Of a DNA stretch of 64,000 bases, positions 1 to 12,700 are shown one piece after another (within the stretch, counting starts at the first letter, position 1; every line of letters starts with the position of its first letter). The stretch is from the NCBI GenBank assembly GCA_036172245.1, contig JAYWIR010000025.1:1054001-1118000 (forward strand). The letters run 5' to 3'. Position numbers and translations under genes: made by a program. The stretch is from Raillietiella orientalis. Taxonomy: Eukaryota. The notes below the pieces were generated by a model. The model worked only from the letters and a program-made list of their open reading frames with translations. It did not search any database and was not told where the DNA came from.

Positions 1-200
1 CCTCTGAAGAGGAACGTATGAAACTACTTAACCACATCAGCAACTTGTTTCACAAGGAAAAATACTTGTGCTGTGGCAGGTGGTCTTTGGCTGATCTTTT
101 TTTGTGGTCTAGTCTCCAGCAAACACAATTAACTCAGAAATTGTCACCTGTGCTGGAGATTTGGAAAAGGAATTGCGAACTGTACATAGAAAAGTTATAG
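1..200 (+). CDS. AIMP2: 3'-terminal coding exon (partial, begins before window) of AIMP2/JTV-1-like aminoacyl-tRNA synthetase complex scaffold; GST C-terminal-like domain
   Basis: Frame from nt 3 reads SEEERMKLLNHISNLFHKEKYLCCGRWSLADLFLWSSLQQ...LSPVLEIWKRNCE..* (TAG 198-200). It matches the recalled AIMP2 C-terminus pattern (W/YL.G.ELTVADVVLWSVLQQ...VQRWMRSCE) and is followed by an AT-rich UTR-like region with AATAAA. Another GST-C domain protein cannot be excluded. Confidence 0.72.
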   Translation, partial: SEEERMKLLNHISNLFHKEKYLCCGRWSLADLFLWSSLQQTQLTQKLSPVLEIWKRNCELYIEKL

Positions 201-552
201 TTTTACTTTGAAATATAATTTATTGGTGTGGGTAATCCTGCTTCCTGTTGCAAACCAAATTCTATTAAATTGCTAATTTTTGGCCTTAATAGTACTTGTT
301 TGCAATTTTGGAGGCTGTGAGTGTATGATTACTTCTTAGCTTGTGAATTCAGTTATGAAGTCTGAGTGTAATAGAGTTAATTTATACAAATCAAAGTATG
401 TTTATAGAGTTACTGGATTAGCAGCATAATTTTGCAGTTGAAATGTGAAGCATGATTTCAATTTTATAAATGCTTCAGCTTAGAAAATGAAAGTGACATA
501 TCTTTGCCAAAGCATGTTAAGTTATTTGTTGATTGATCTAAATGGTGATTGT

Positions 553-972
553 AATAAAGCATATGCAAAAGTGTTTTTTAATATTGTGAAGTTTTGGGGT
601 GGTATACAAAGCTTGGACATCTTCAGTTAATTGGATGTGCATTCATTATCATCAAAGTTCCAGTGCCAAAATCATCATGAAATTAAAACTTTAGTCAAAG
701 CTATCATAAATGTTTTTGTGATTGCTTACATAATTTATGAATTTTTTCTTTTATTTATTGAAGTTAATGTTATGTCTCCATTTGCTGTCAACACATTTTT
801 TAAAGGTTTCGAGTACTCGGTAAATGAGTACTTTGTAAATTTGAAATTTTTCAATTTGGATAGTGATGCATGTTACATATCAAGATTTTTATCTATAATC
901 TGACGTGTTGTCTGGTTGATTTATTGTGCAGTGTGTGATATGTGATTGCCTTATGACCAGCAAACTAATAAA
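553..972 (+). promoter_or_regulatory. Candidate polyadenylation signals of the AIMP2-like gene (AATAAA at 553-558 and 967-972)
   Basis: Canonical hexamers downstream of the stop codon, each followed by U/GU-rich sequence. Confidence 0.45.
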
Positions 973-1549
973 ACAAGTTGACTGATTTCAATGTAGGCTT
1001 ATTTTTTTGAGATTTTTGAAACATTCCTTATTGACTGCACTTGTCTTTAGACTCTGTATTTTTAGTGATTTTGTTATAATGAAATAACTCTTTGCTATGT
1101 TTTTAGGACAGAAAATACGTTGAATATCATCAGAAAGTTGAAAAAGATAAAAAAAATCTTAAATTCAACTTTATGACAGAAGAAATCATAAAGCAACATT
1201 TTTATAATATATAACAATGGGAATCGAAGAATAATTTCGTAGAATGATTTCCTTTCATAGAAGTTAGGAGTTCCTTTAAAGCATGTCTGAACTTTTTGTG
1301 TATACATTTTTTTTTTGTCTATTCCTTAGTGCATTAGATTCATGAATTCTTTTTATCATATCCGTGCATTTTTAATAACTAGTAATAAACAACCAAACAT
1401 TCGATAAAAATCCGTTTCTGTGGAAACTATTTTAGAAATTCCTAGGCTCCCCTTTTCACAAAATTATCCATGTCCGCAGAAACCCTGGTTTCACACTTGA
1501 TTCAGCATCCTGGGAAGAATAATCAATGTAGTCCTGATGACTGCCGAGC

Positions 1550-2606
1550 AGGGGAATGGTTCACATCGACCCGACGTGGAGAAGGAAGCAGGCACTGGTC
1601 AGAAAGCACCAACTCAAAATTGTGCCTAGGAGCAAGAAACTGGCAGATTTCTCATCTATCCTGGTGATCCCCGTCCCTGGGGACACAAGGAGCTGGATCT
1701 ACCAGAGGCCCAGAGTTATCTTCAAGAGAACCGTGCAATGGAGACAGGGAGCCTACTACCACCACTCCCGCATCCTTAGGTACATGGAGATAGTGAGGGG
1801 AAAGTTCATTCACCGGACGCGCGAAGTGTGGAAAAACCACAACTACGCGTGGTCCAGGAAGAACAAGGAAAACCTTCACCTCATACCTGAAGAGGATAAG
1901 GTCATCCATGCCCTCCAGGAAGCTGCCAATCGCTACGGAAGTGACAGTCAACATGTTCGCGATTGAAACGACGCTCAGGAGGAGTGACCTGCCGTCAAAC
2001 AGAATAACCTCCTCATGTTTCATCACGGAGGAATCTCAAGGGGTTCCAGAATGAAACACTGGAAGGGCAACCGAACGGAAGAGAATTCCAGGACATGTGG
2101 TGATGTGGATACGAGACTTCACGTCTTGACCTGTCCCACAATGTACCAAGAATGGCAAACCCTGAAGAGGGTCATAGAGCTGCCGAACAACACGAAGATG
2201 GAAGTCTTCGCCGGGATGCTCCCGGGAACAGCAAACGAGCCCTGTTACAGCCCGGTCGTCAGGACGACCATCGTCCTATTCATCACTGCCATCCTTATAA
2301 AATGATGAAAGATGAGGAATGCCAGGATATATTTCTCCTGGAAATGCTGAAAGAAATTATCCAAAGGGAGGTTGGCATCAGGAATTGTGGAAGAATGCAG
2401 GCCTGGACGTCACGCTACATCCTGAAAGGGATTGAGGACACCGTCCAGGCACACCCAACGCCCAGTTATCCTAATGCATAGACCCAAGTACAGTCCCCCG
2501 AAGGAAGTGAACTTTAGGAAACATCTAAGAAAACTGTCTTGGATGAATGTATTTTGTAGCGTGAATGTAGATGAATAAATTTACCCCACCCTTCGTGGGA
2601 CTGGGG
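1550..2606 (+). mobile_element. 5'-truncated L1/Tx1-like non-LTR retrotransposon (ORF2 C-terminal zf-RVT-like region plus 3' UTR), frameshifted
   Basis: GC-richer insert in AT-rich DNA. Peptides include HHGGISRGSRMKHW...RTCGDVDTRLHVLTCPTMYQEW, resembling the CxxC-x-ETxxHxxxxC(P)xxxxxW zinc knuckle of L1/Tx1 ORF2. AATAAA at 2574-2579. Confidence 0.6.
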
Positions 2607-3949
2607 AACTCAATGCAGTGCTGTTTGATAGGCATGTTATTGTGGTTCAATCATGTCTTATCAGCAGACTTCCGTCTGCGTTGTTTATTGTTTACTCTCT
2701 CGTGTATTATTAATGTTTTGCAACATGACAAATAATTTTGCTTTTAAGATTATTTTGACCCTACATGCATGCTTTCATAATCAAAATTTATGAGCAAGGA
2801 GGTTTCACAATAAACTTACGATAATAAATTCCGTTCTTTCATTAATTGTTGCTTGTACTGTGTCTTCAAGATTTTTTTTTCTTATCTTTATTTGGCTTTA
2901 CTGCATGTTATGTTAACCAATTGATGCAATTTAGCTCTTTTGATGGGCTCTGGCGTTAATCTTAATGCCATTTTGAAAAAGGAAAAAAAAAAGAGAATGC
3001 ACTGACATGAAAATGAAAACTATCCCATTGAAGTCCGTCTGATGCTTTTGTTTTGATTGACTTTAAAACGAAAATGGTAAACATTTCTGTTTCATCATTT
3101 CTCTTGCTCCTCTGTCTTTTAATGCGGAGTTTTTATCATTTTGTATAAAAAAGTACTTTTCGTCTGCATCTGAAACGGAATTTTCTGGAACCTCAAGACA
3201 ATTTCCTAGGATAAAGAACTCCCCGATAAAAAAAAGTTTACCGGATCTTAGCTCATTGAATAAAGAACAAGGAACACTCATCTTCTGTACAATTGTAAGT
3301 AGTTTTTAAAAGCACAAAATTCTTATCCTTTGGAAATGTGTAAAAAATTTGGAATGTCGATAGTGATTTTGCACGGGAGAAGAATTTTGAAGTACTACCA
3401 AGGATAAAGAAGGAAATGAATATGAAGGAGTGCTTTTGACCATCTTCTGTGTCATCTTTTAAAATTCACGTCACTAACTTGCATTTTTCGCTTGATTATT
3501 TTCTACAGATTCTGTTGATTCATTTGAATTCTTCAGTAAAGCATGCTCTCCTCCATGCATTGATCCTGGTTGAGTATCCTTTTATTTGTTTCTTATTACA
3601 TTAATTCACTTAGGAAGAAATTTGGATGGCAATTAAAAGTTTTTTTGCAAATAAATAAAGGTTTTTACGAAAATAAAGTCGAAAGAAATGAGGAGAAAGA
3701 AACTTGAAGTTATCGTATCCTAGTAATTACTCTCTTAGAGCTTCCAAGGCAAGGACACAGACTGCAAATGTACACTACTTGTGCCTTGTACACATATGGC
3801 AATAATGTAGAGAGCTGCTAAGCATAAAAAACGACACAGAATCTAAACAACCATAAAGGAATTAAGAAAAAAAAAAAAAAACCACAGTCTGCCTCCTCAC
3901 TGGCTGACTCGCCTCACGAGAATGCTGTCGCCGAACTCCCCCATTTAGA

Positions 3950-4330
3950 AGCAAGTGATCGAATCCTCAAGGCATTCCTGCTCACTGGAGGACGCCTAAG
4001 ATTCTTGAATTACAGATTCGGCCAAATCGGTGCAATTAAAAAGGCGACGCAAAAGCAGTGGGAGAGAGTGACCTCCAACCAACACCGGGGGAAGATTTGA
4101 TTCCGTCCCGACTTGGTGCTGTAAAATGGCGGGCAAGCTATTGTGCTAGACGCCGGCTGCATAGCTGTCGGTGCCAGCATCACCAACAGATCTACAGGAA
4201 TTGCAGCTAAGGAAGGAGGGTAAATACTGAGAGCTGGACACCCCACCTCCAGCCTGCCCTGGAGCGGGAGCTGATCCTAGGATCCCTAGGCAACAACATT
4301 ATCTGGACGCAGGGCATCCAGTGAGGATAC
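3950..4330 (+). mobile_element. Internally deleted remnant of an RLE-type (NeSL/R2-like) non-LTR retrotransposon
   Basis: One frame reads AFLLTGGRLRFLNYRF...RGKI*FRPDLVL*NGGQAIVLDAGC. RPDLV...AIVLD matches the PD-(D/E)xK restriction-like endonuclease motif; FL..G..RF..YRF resembles the pre-zinc-knuckle motif. Confidence 0.55.
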
Positions 4331-4489
4331 ACCCTGCTGGTTTTTATCTAATGGTTGCTTAGCTTTTGTGCCCTTTCATTTAGTGCAGCATGCTTAGCCT
4401 GGAATCCAACGGACGGAGCGGGACTGAAGGAGCTCAGTATCCCTCCCCCCATGTAAGCTGAGCACTTGAAGGAAAAAATGGTGTGTTCC

Positions 4490-4980
4490 ACCAATGAACA
4501 TTCAAGGTGAAGCTGCTTGACCACCATCCTCCGTGATCAGCACCCACGGACACAGAGTCTACAAATTCTCAAATTCAGAGAGTGGATGACTGGATGGACA
4601 GTATGAACCGAGTGCGAAGATGATGGAGAATCCTACTGTCGGCATTTCTTCTGTGCAACTAAACGTGAAGAAAAAAATGCCATCGAATTCTCACTTCTTT
4701 CCTGTCATTTCATTGCTAAATGTCATTTTTTCAGCATCTGTTTGTTCCTTCAAGTCAACTGACTGTGGTCACGGAAGGACAAGATTTTCCAGATAGATTA
4801 TGAAGGACTGAGTTCACTACTTACGACAACTCATGAGGATTGCTTGTGGGAGTCGAAGGACGCAAATGTGGGAGTAACGAGGAGACACTACTGACCGTCT
4901 CTTCGAAGAAGTGTCTTCCAACTGAGTTTCCCTATTCCTGGGGTAGCTGCCTCACTTTTGCAGTGTGGAAATCACCGTAA
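4490..4980 (+). mobile_element. Mariner-type transposase fossil(s), C-terminal region
   Basis: KVKLLDHHPP*SAPTD (cf. HPPYSPDLAPSD) at ~4501, and GVEGRKCGSNEETLLTV...PTEFPYSWG...VWK (cf. L.G.+F.S.EE....V....P.EF...G...L..RW) at ~4850-4970. Confidence 0.45.
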
Positions 4981-4999
4981 GATCGAACATGCAGAGTTC

Positions 5000-7450
5000 T
5001 GCATAAGCGTGCAAGGAACGCAGTAGCGATTTGTGAGGAGGGGATTTGCGTCCTTGGAAGCACGCTGGGATTCTTGTTGCACCATGCTTCTACTCTGAGG
5101 CCTGCGAGCACCTGAATGCCAAAAGGCCATCCCCTGCGAATTCATTTCTGGGTTTCTCGAAACACAGATGCAAACATTATCGGTGGAACGAGGAAGCAGA
5201 ACGAAAAGTGCTTTCGGTATGGCCATCTGGAAGAGAATTGTTGTGTCTTATCCTGGAACACAGATACACGTGGACAAGTGTTGATGTCCTTTTTTTTTTT
5301 CTTCCCATGTTGGTTTCGACTTCATTCGGTTATCACGAAAGTGCTTGAAAACAGACCTTTCCCTTTCCTCGTATCGATGCACACAGCAGCAGACTGTTTG
5401 CTTTCAATTTTAAATGTATCCAGAGCCTCACCTGGCCAAAAAATAATCGCGTGAGACTCTCAAAACGGTCTGCAAGCTCCTACACGAGATAATCGAATGT
5501 CTGCAGCCTGTCTTGTTCCCTAATTCCGAAAGGAAATGCGTAAAGTTTCGGAGGGGTCGGATGCATCACCAAACTATCATGTATGAAAATTTTTATTGAC
5601 ACCTGAAAAGAGGGATGTTCATAAACTGGCAAATAAATCTAACCCGGGTGTCAGGAGTGGAGAGTGCAGGACGGCACGCCGACTCTGTACATCTTCGCTT
5701 GGTTCTTCTTCTCTTTGCAGAGTATTGGAGCGAGATGCGAAAAGAGATCAAGTACCGGTTCCTCAATTTCTTGCAACGTTTATTTTGAATCATGCAAAGT
5801 ATGCAGATTTCCTTTTCCTTCTGCAGCATACGGGGCGTCTGAGGAATTTTTGCAATGGCAAAAGTGCCAGCCACCCGGAAGGCGGACGTGACTCTGCTAA
5901 AGAGAGCATTCTTTCTCAAAATCAGATTTCCGGATCATGCAGGTATTTAAGGTCGTGCTGTCACACTCCTTATGGAAATCCTAACCTTCCTTATAGCACA
6001 GCTTCCGGAAACTGCACAATCTGCGGAACAATCATACAGTTTTGTCTTGAATGAATTCTTTGGATGGTTTTTCCATCCAAAGAATGGAAAAAGGAGCAGA
6101 TACTCTTTGGATGTATCCTTTAATTTGCTTGCAATAGCAGCGACAAACTTCAATCCAGGAGTTTGCAAAAGTTTGCATGCATTAGCACCCTCCCCCCCTC
6201 CTTTGCCTTTCTGGATCGAGACTGTTTTGACCTTGCATCATTTCTCATTTTCGTGACTTCTCCTCAGTTTTGGTTTTCTGCAAATTCCAGTAGAAGTTAA
6301 CCTTGATGTCTTCCTGGAGCTCCTGAAAACCACCGCGTTAGGTGGATGGGAATACTAGGAAATCCATACAAGGTTCAGTTGATCAAGGGATTCCAAGTTG
6401 CTGTTGTTTTTTCACGAGCCGGAAACGAGTGCGAGAGAGCATTCTGGTACAGGGAGAAAAGCAATTGCAAAGAGATCGTCCACATGCTGATCCAAGTTCT
6501 GCATAGAGAAATCCGCGGTCACGTGAGGAATCCAAAAGCCGGTCTTCAAAAGCCTTGAAAGCTAAGCACTGCAATTTCAACTCTCTTCGTTCAACTATCG
6601 ACTCTTCTGTTTCGGGAATGGATTTCAACCTTTCCTCGCGTAGAACAGCAGTACACTCGTGTTACGAACCTACCGACCTAGGAGGTGGTCACACGAGCGC
6701 TCTCATCATAAAAGGAGATTACGAGCCTCAAGTTTGGACAGCAGGTGACCGCTAAGTCGAGAAAAGGAATCTTGAAAGACGAGCATCCAGTATTCAGAGC
6801 ACATGTGAGTGGTCAGTCATCGTTGCGTAGCCTTAAAGTCGCACACATGCCCTGAAAGTTCCATTCTTTCAGTCCACCTTTGGAGTACTTAGAGGAACGA
6901 ACCGCGGTTTAGCAAGGACAGAGTACCCATTTCAATGGGAACAAATCCTTCACTGAAAGGAAGATGCATTACCACGTCTTTAATACTTTAGCATTGTGCT
7001 TCTATCCGTTCGCAAACTACGAAGCACTCCGAGCGGAGCGGTTCATTAGGTTGTTGTAACTCGCTAATCGAATATGACTCCAGGCAAAAACCTGGTTTTA
7101 CCAATAGGAGTGACAATTAATGCCTGTAAAGCTATCAGGCAATCATGACATGCATCGTAGACTGCATGAAGGCCGTCGCAATCCTCGTGGTTCTGCAAGC
7201 GGCCGATTTCAGTTCCTTTGGGGTCTTGCATGTCACCAAAGAGTATTTTGCTTTGTTGGCTTTTAGCGGCGGCTCGAACAGCCTTTGGGCATTCTTACAG
7301 AAGTGGAACTGTTGCCATTGGGGCTTGTCGAATCTTCGGTTCTTGTGTGCCGTCGGATCATTCGGCTGTGCGTCCCAAGTGATTCTCATCACCACGGGAT
7401 GCCCAAAAGGAGCGCAGGCAAAAGGTCTTCGAACCAACTAATAATGACGA
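5000..7450 (-). mobile_element. Highly degenerate LINE (RTE-like) reverse transcriptase fossil
   Basis: Eroded RT motifs in the expected order on the minus strand: RELKLQCLAFKAFED (LD..KAFD) ~6570, LYGFPSIP (QG.PLSP) ~6360, RNRYLISF (KYLG) ~5755, SSRWPYRKH (LRW.GH) ~5225, RRPQSRS (GRP..W) ~5100. Many stops and frameshifts; boundaries approximate. Confidence 0.4.
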
Positions 7451-7503
7451 ATGCGATCTGGCAGTGATGAAACACAGATCAAAGAGATCCGGAAAATGTA
7501 GCT

Positions 7504-7509
7504 TTTATT
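7504..7509 (-). promoter_or_regulatory. Candidate poly(A) signal of the GPCR gene (alternatives at 7560-7565 and 7916-7921)
   Basis: AATAAA on the minus strand ~640 nt after the stop codon, followed by U/GU-rich TCTTTGATCTGTGTTTC. Confidence 0.5.
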
Positions 7510-7537
7510 CGCCAAATATTTATAAGCGTGCATTATG

Positions 7538-7560
7538 TATATATATATATATATATATAT
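7538..7560. repeat. (TA)n microsatellite in the GPCR 3' UTR
   Basis: Direct reading of the sequence. Confidence 0.95.
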
Positions 7561-8142
7561 TTATTGGTTATTAATGCACGCACCGAAAAAGTTCACGTGA
7601 TTTGGCTGGTCGTAGACTTGCTGCCAAGGAGAGAAGCATTTGGTTTCGAAACCGTTTCGTCCCTGAATGAGGTGCCTGCCTGACCTCACTTGCGCGAAAC
7701 GAACATCCCTGAGGCAGCTGTTTTTGGCCAGGGAGTGGAAAGGGAGGTCGTTCAGCATTCTGCTATCGTAAAGCGATCTTCGAGAAGAAGGGACGCACGT
7801 GCACGTGATCACATTACGACAGGAAGTGCTTGAAAACAACAGCAGCAGCAGCAAAGCAAAGTAAGCCATTGCTAAGCCGTCCACACACGCATATGTTTGG
7901 TACAGTTTCACTCAATTTATTTGGTCAGCCTTATTGTTCTTGAATTCTTGTGGATGTGTCCGATTGCCCCTGGCGTCGTCGCACTTCGCACCTTCAGAGT
8001 GAGAGGCTGGAGAGAGCAGTCCGGCTCGCTGACTTCGGTCGCTTCCCCGTGCTGCCGCATGGCAAGTTCTTCCGTGGGGTAGGGATTGCTGCGGCCGTGG
8101 AAAGAAGTGAGGGTGCTTCCACCAAGCACGAGACCTCCAAGG

Positions 8143-8963
8143 TCACAGGTAACCCGTTACGAACATCTTCCGGAAATCCGGCACACTTGCGCTCTCGTTC
8201 TGGTGGTGGAAGAGTTCGCTGATGAACGGCAGCGGCGTCTGGGAGCAGCGGTCCCTCTGCGCTTGACCGGAAAGGCGGGCAGCCTGCCTCTGTTGGATCT
8301 GACGCTTCAGGGGGGAAGACGCGTCCCTGGGATTCAGCAGCCGAGTGAGGTTCTTGTTGACGGGGTACCTCTTCGCGTAACACCTCTGCAGCACGCGTTC
8401 CGGGTGGACGTGGTGGCTCTTGCCGCGGGTCTTGCAGCTCCCCGGTTGGAGGTGCCTCTCATAGAGAAGGTCCAGGTCGTTCATGGATGCCGTCCTCTGG
8501 TTCAAGCGCTCCTCCGCAAGAGGGCGGCAGAGCGAGCGGTCCGTGACCACGGAAGCGTTCCCGCCGCCGCTCGCAGCGCACACCTGGTAGAGTTGCTTGT
8601 CAGAGGCGAGGTCGTTCTCGGACCTGCGGCGCAGATCGGTCCCCGAGTGGAAGATGAAGTCGTCGTTGGCCGCCGTGGTGCAATAGAGCTCGTCGCAGCA
8701 TCCCTTGGAGGAGGCGCGCAGCGACGACGACAGCGTCCCGTACGGGTTCGACAGGGTGGAGTACGCCTGCTGCTCGTCGTCCGCGAACGCGTTGGTAGAG
8801 CAGGGCGAGTGAGCAGAGCTCGGACTGAAGTTCGCCGTGGACGCGTTGAGCGACTCGGCAGGCACCGTGGCCACCGCCTGCTTCTTGTCTTCCCAGGAGT
8901 GGAAGCGCGGGGTCGGCGTGAGGATCCGCTTGACTTGCCTGGCGAACAGGTGGTGGTGGAGGC
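8143..8963 (-). CDS. GPCR coding exon 4 (terminal; intracellular C-tail)
   Basis: Acceptor ccttctcttccAG|GC (phase 1). Reads (G)LHHHLFARQVKRIL...TTAANDDFIF...RTASMNDL...SASVPDFRKMFVTGYL*, TGA at 8145-8143. High GC3; phase matches the exon 3 donor. Confidence 0.82.
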
Positions 8964-9423
8964 CTGGAAGAGAAGGCAGGTAGTGAGGGAGCAGGCAGAA
9001 GGGAACGGGAGGGAAGGACCGTCCTGGAGCGAGGCGAGCGAGCGAAAGGGGAGGGAAAGGGAGGACCCCGGGTCGTTCGAGATTTTATGGGACGGGGATG
9101 GACTCAGCTGGAAGAAGATCACATGACAACTGTGTCTGCCTACCCTTCCCTCCCTCCTGCCTCGACTTCACCGCCGGGGCGCACCGCCATCGGCATTGTC
9201 CTTGCCTTCAAAACAACGGACGCTTGCCTCTTTCGGCGAGTGAGCAGCTGCCAATGCCAGCGGAGGGGGGAAAAAAGAAGAAATTATTGCATCTGAGGAA
9301 GAGGGCGCTGATGTAGCTGCTTTCGGTTGGTGGGCGAAAGAGCGGACGACCTCCGTTTGCAGAAGCTGGTGGTGATGGAGGAAACTCGCTCCGGAGGGTT
9401 TCATGGCCGCCGGATTGATTTCT

Positions 9424-9580
9424 GTGAGGAAGGAGAGCAAAGAAGCACGAAGAGGAGGAAGGGAGGAAGAGGAAGAGGAGAAAGAGAGAGGGAAATGAAA
9501 GAGGAGGGAGGGACAAGGAAGAGGAGGAAGAAAGGAGAAGAGAGGGTGAGGGAAGAGGAGGAGGAAGAGAAGAGAACGAG
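9424..9580 (+). repeat. Polypurine (GA-rich) low-complexity tract
   Basis: Near-pure A/G run (gaggaagagg...) in intron 3. Confidence 0.85.
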
Positions 9581-9949
9581 GACGGAAACGCTCAGCGGCA
9601 GACGGACTCCTCCAGGTGCGGCACCCTCCGATAAATGCAAAGAACGAGGAGAGCTGCTGAATCTGTGCGTCGGGGTGAATCCGAGCAGGAGGAGGAGAGG
9701 TGGACGTGGATAGCAAGACAGCGCATAGCACGCTAGTATGGCTGAGGTGTGGAAGGAAGGCCGAAGTAACGTGCGGAGCGGCACACAGGAATGTTGTCGC
9801 TAATTGGTAGAACGAAACGAGCGCTACGATGAGTCGCTACAAACGGAACAGTCGAGGAGGAAAAAGAAAGAAAGAAAAGAGAGATCAGGAAGGAAAGAGG
9901 CTGTAGAGGAGAGAGAGGAAGAAGGGAAGGCGACAGGGAAGCACACAAA

Positions 9950-10440
9950 AGGGAGCTTCAGAGGGATGCTCATCGGAAGCCTTCGAGGCGATCTTGGTCA
10001 TCATGGAGATCCCTCCAGAGTGAGGCTCGATCATTGCACTGCCTGTGGTACGCAGTCCTTTCGATCAAGCAGGCATGCAGAGGTCGAAGGGAAAATCATC
10101 AGTGAGCGCGGGCAGGCTTCCTTGGGGAACAGAGCCAAAAGGTTCTGGACACAGGAAGGCTTCTGGAGTCTCATGATCTACTCCTCGCAGCAGAGGCGCA
10201 AGACCAGCTGTGCTGGGACGAGACACAGTGTGCGGGATGCGATGCAAGAGCAGCTAGGGTAGGGGAGGAAGGCAGCACTGCTGCCCTCCCCTGGGGGCAA
10301 GCCAGGTGAAGGCCGGAAGGATATGCGGTTCCCGATTCGTCACCAGTGAGGGCGCGTCCTTCTGTGAGAGGAGATGCGAGGCAGGAGAGGATGAGGAAAG
10401 CGCAGGGGAGTCAGACGGCTAGAAGGTGACCTACGGGGAG
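9950..10440 (-). mobile_element. Degenerate NeSL/R2-like reverse transcriptase fragment
   Basis: AFLCPEPFGSVPQGSL...*SKGLRTTGSAMI...KIASKASDEHPSEAPF resembles +LD..NAFGSVPH..L...LY.G...I.SGV.QG.PLSP.LF. Confidence 0.4.
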
Positions 10441-12339
10441 GGAAGCTGGGCGCCGTGCTGCAGGCTCGTCGGGTGGCGTGCGCACCAAGAGTCAATTTTT
10501 CTCCCTGTCTATTCGGCAAACAGTGCTCGTGTTGCTGGAGCGCGCGCGAGTCTTGAAGCTAGGGAGGAGGAGGGGGAGGGAGACGATACCAGGAAGAACC
10601 CCTGAAAATGTCGTGAGAAGAAGGGTGGCTAGTGCACCCGCGCGCTGCAGCCCCGGCGCTCTGTCTGCCGGCTGGGACACTGAAGCTGGGTCCTCGCGCC
10701 TGGATGGGTCTTCGTGTAACCTGCCGGGCTGCGCGCGCGCTCTCCTCGGATGCTCCGAAAAGCAGCTCTTTCGAGCCGCGATGGCCCGTGTCGATGCCAC
10801 CGCTGCTGGCAGTCGGTGGAGTTCGCCTCCTCCGCGCGACCGACAGCGGATGACGTCACTCGCTCACCGCGTGCTTTCTCTGCGGCCAGCCCGACGATGT
10901 GCAAAGCGGCAGACGAACGAAAAGTCGGGGAGGGTGGCATCAGCTCGCTGCGAGAGAGGATGCTATAAACAGAGACATGGAGGGGGAAAAAAGGGGGAGG
11001 CGGGAGAATAAGGGGGAGGGGGGGAAATCGAAAAGAAAGCGCAAGTCCTGTAAGGGGCATGGAAAGCCTAGCTTGGGCATTGGCAAGCGACCTCTCCCGT
11101 TCGGTCGACATGTTGTTTTCCCTTTCGCGAGGTTAGATGGTTGCAGAGCTGCTCCTGGTCTCCTCTCGACGAACCCATGGAGGCGTCGAACCGAGGTCGG
11201 GAAAGCACAGTGCCGGCGAGGCGCACGACGCTCGAGCTGATGGGCTTCACTGTATCACGAGACACACGTGCTGTTGCGAAGCACTCGACGCTCAGAAGCA
11301 GCTGACTACCCCCTGGCGCTCAAAGCTCCCTCGAAGAGAGAGATACAGAGAGAAGCAGCATTTACCGCGCTGGTGGTCGCAAAGCACAACAGGCATCGGC
11401 AGCACGCGACCCGCACTGTCTTCTAGCGGCGCCGCATCACGGGACGCGTCTGCCAGAGAACGACGCCGCTCTGTCGGAGAAGAGAGCGAGGGGCTCAATG
11501 TGGTCTCGGACGCGCAACAAATCTCATGCCTTTTGTGTGGTTGTCATTCGAGGGCTCAGCAGGGAACATGCAGCGGTTTGGTCCGGACGCCATCTTCCAC
11601 TCCCCCTCATATCCAGAGAGCCTTCACTCCCCTTCCCGGACACTTCCCGCTTCCCTATTCAAGATGCCACCCACTCGAAAAAATCCCACTCGCCTTGCTA
11701 ATCCCAATTCCGCGAACTGGGGAGGGAGCCAAACTGCCCGCCTCTCGGCATCCCATGCCGGAGACTCTCATCTCGGAAGCGGAAGCTCTGGCGGTGTCTA
11801 GGAAGCGTCAGTTTCGTACATCAGCAATGGCAGCCACTCACTGGCGCACGTCCAAGCCTCTTTTTTTTTTTTTGACTTATCATCGCTGTCATTGGACCAC
11901 TACCCGCCGTCGCAAAGCTGCACGCAAGGCAAGTGAAATTTTTTTCCACCCTCTCGCCACCTCCACCGCTACCACTTTTGTCACCAGCACCACTTAATGA
12001 CTGATCTCCAGGGAGAGCAAAGTCGCTTGACGCCGAAAGCAAGGAAGAAGGCGTACCACGCCCTCATGCTTGATTGGGCACCGATCTGGAGTCGCCCTCG
12101 GAAACATCGCGAGGCAGAGGGTCAGAGCCCTCAAGGCACATCGCCCATCCTCCCTACTCTGAGTAAAAGAAGGCACCGAGCACCCTCTCCACAACCTCAC
12201 ACCTCTCCACAACCTATGCCGGCTTCCAGCATGGCTTCTCCAATAGGGAATCGTCTGAAGTACACTGATACACCTCATTCATCCTGGTCCTCGCCGATCC
12301 ATCCGTAGGCACCCCTCGCACCCGGCCCCTTAAACAACG

Positions 12340-12700
12340 GATCGGAAACCCTCCACAGGCTGTCGGATGCACCAGCCACCTTCCAGCTGTTTCGCACCTG
12401 ATGGAATCACCAGACCCAGTTCTCTTCTTCACTTCCTCTTCAGCGATAGGATGTGTCGGAGGATGCGTTCCCGCTTTTCTCCCTATTCTCGAAAACACCA
12501 CGAGAATTCGACCTGCTGCCGGGAGCAGCTGAATGGGACAGACGTTTCTACGCGCGACAGAACCCACCGAGACTCAGAGTGTGCCACCAAAGTGGGACTC
12601 TAGTGTGCCTCCTGCTCTTCGGAGCCGCTGCTTCGATTCCTCAGCAACCTCTCTGCTCCGCTCTGATGCGGGTGGAGGCGACGAATCTTCTTATCCTGAA
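12340..12700 (+). mobile_element. Possible degenerate LINE RT N-terminal fragment
   Basis: SSCFAPDGIT (cf. SAPGPDGIT) followed by weak P..W and RPISLL-like remnants; weak. Confidence 0.25.

Noticed and set aside
8086..9126. 346-aa plus-strand ORF
   Set aside because: Antisense shadow of GC3-rich GPCR exon 4; non-ATG start and no recognisable domain.
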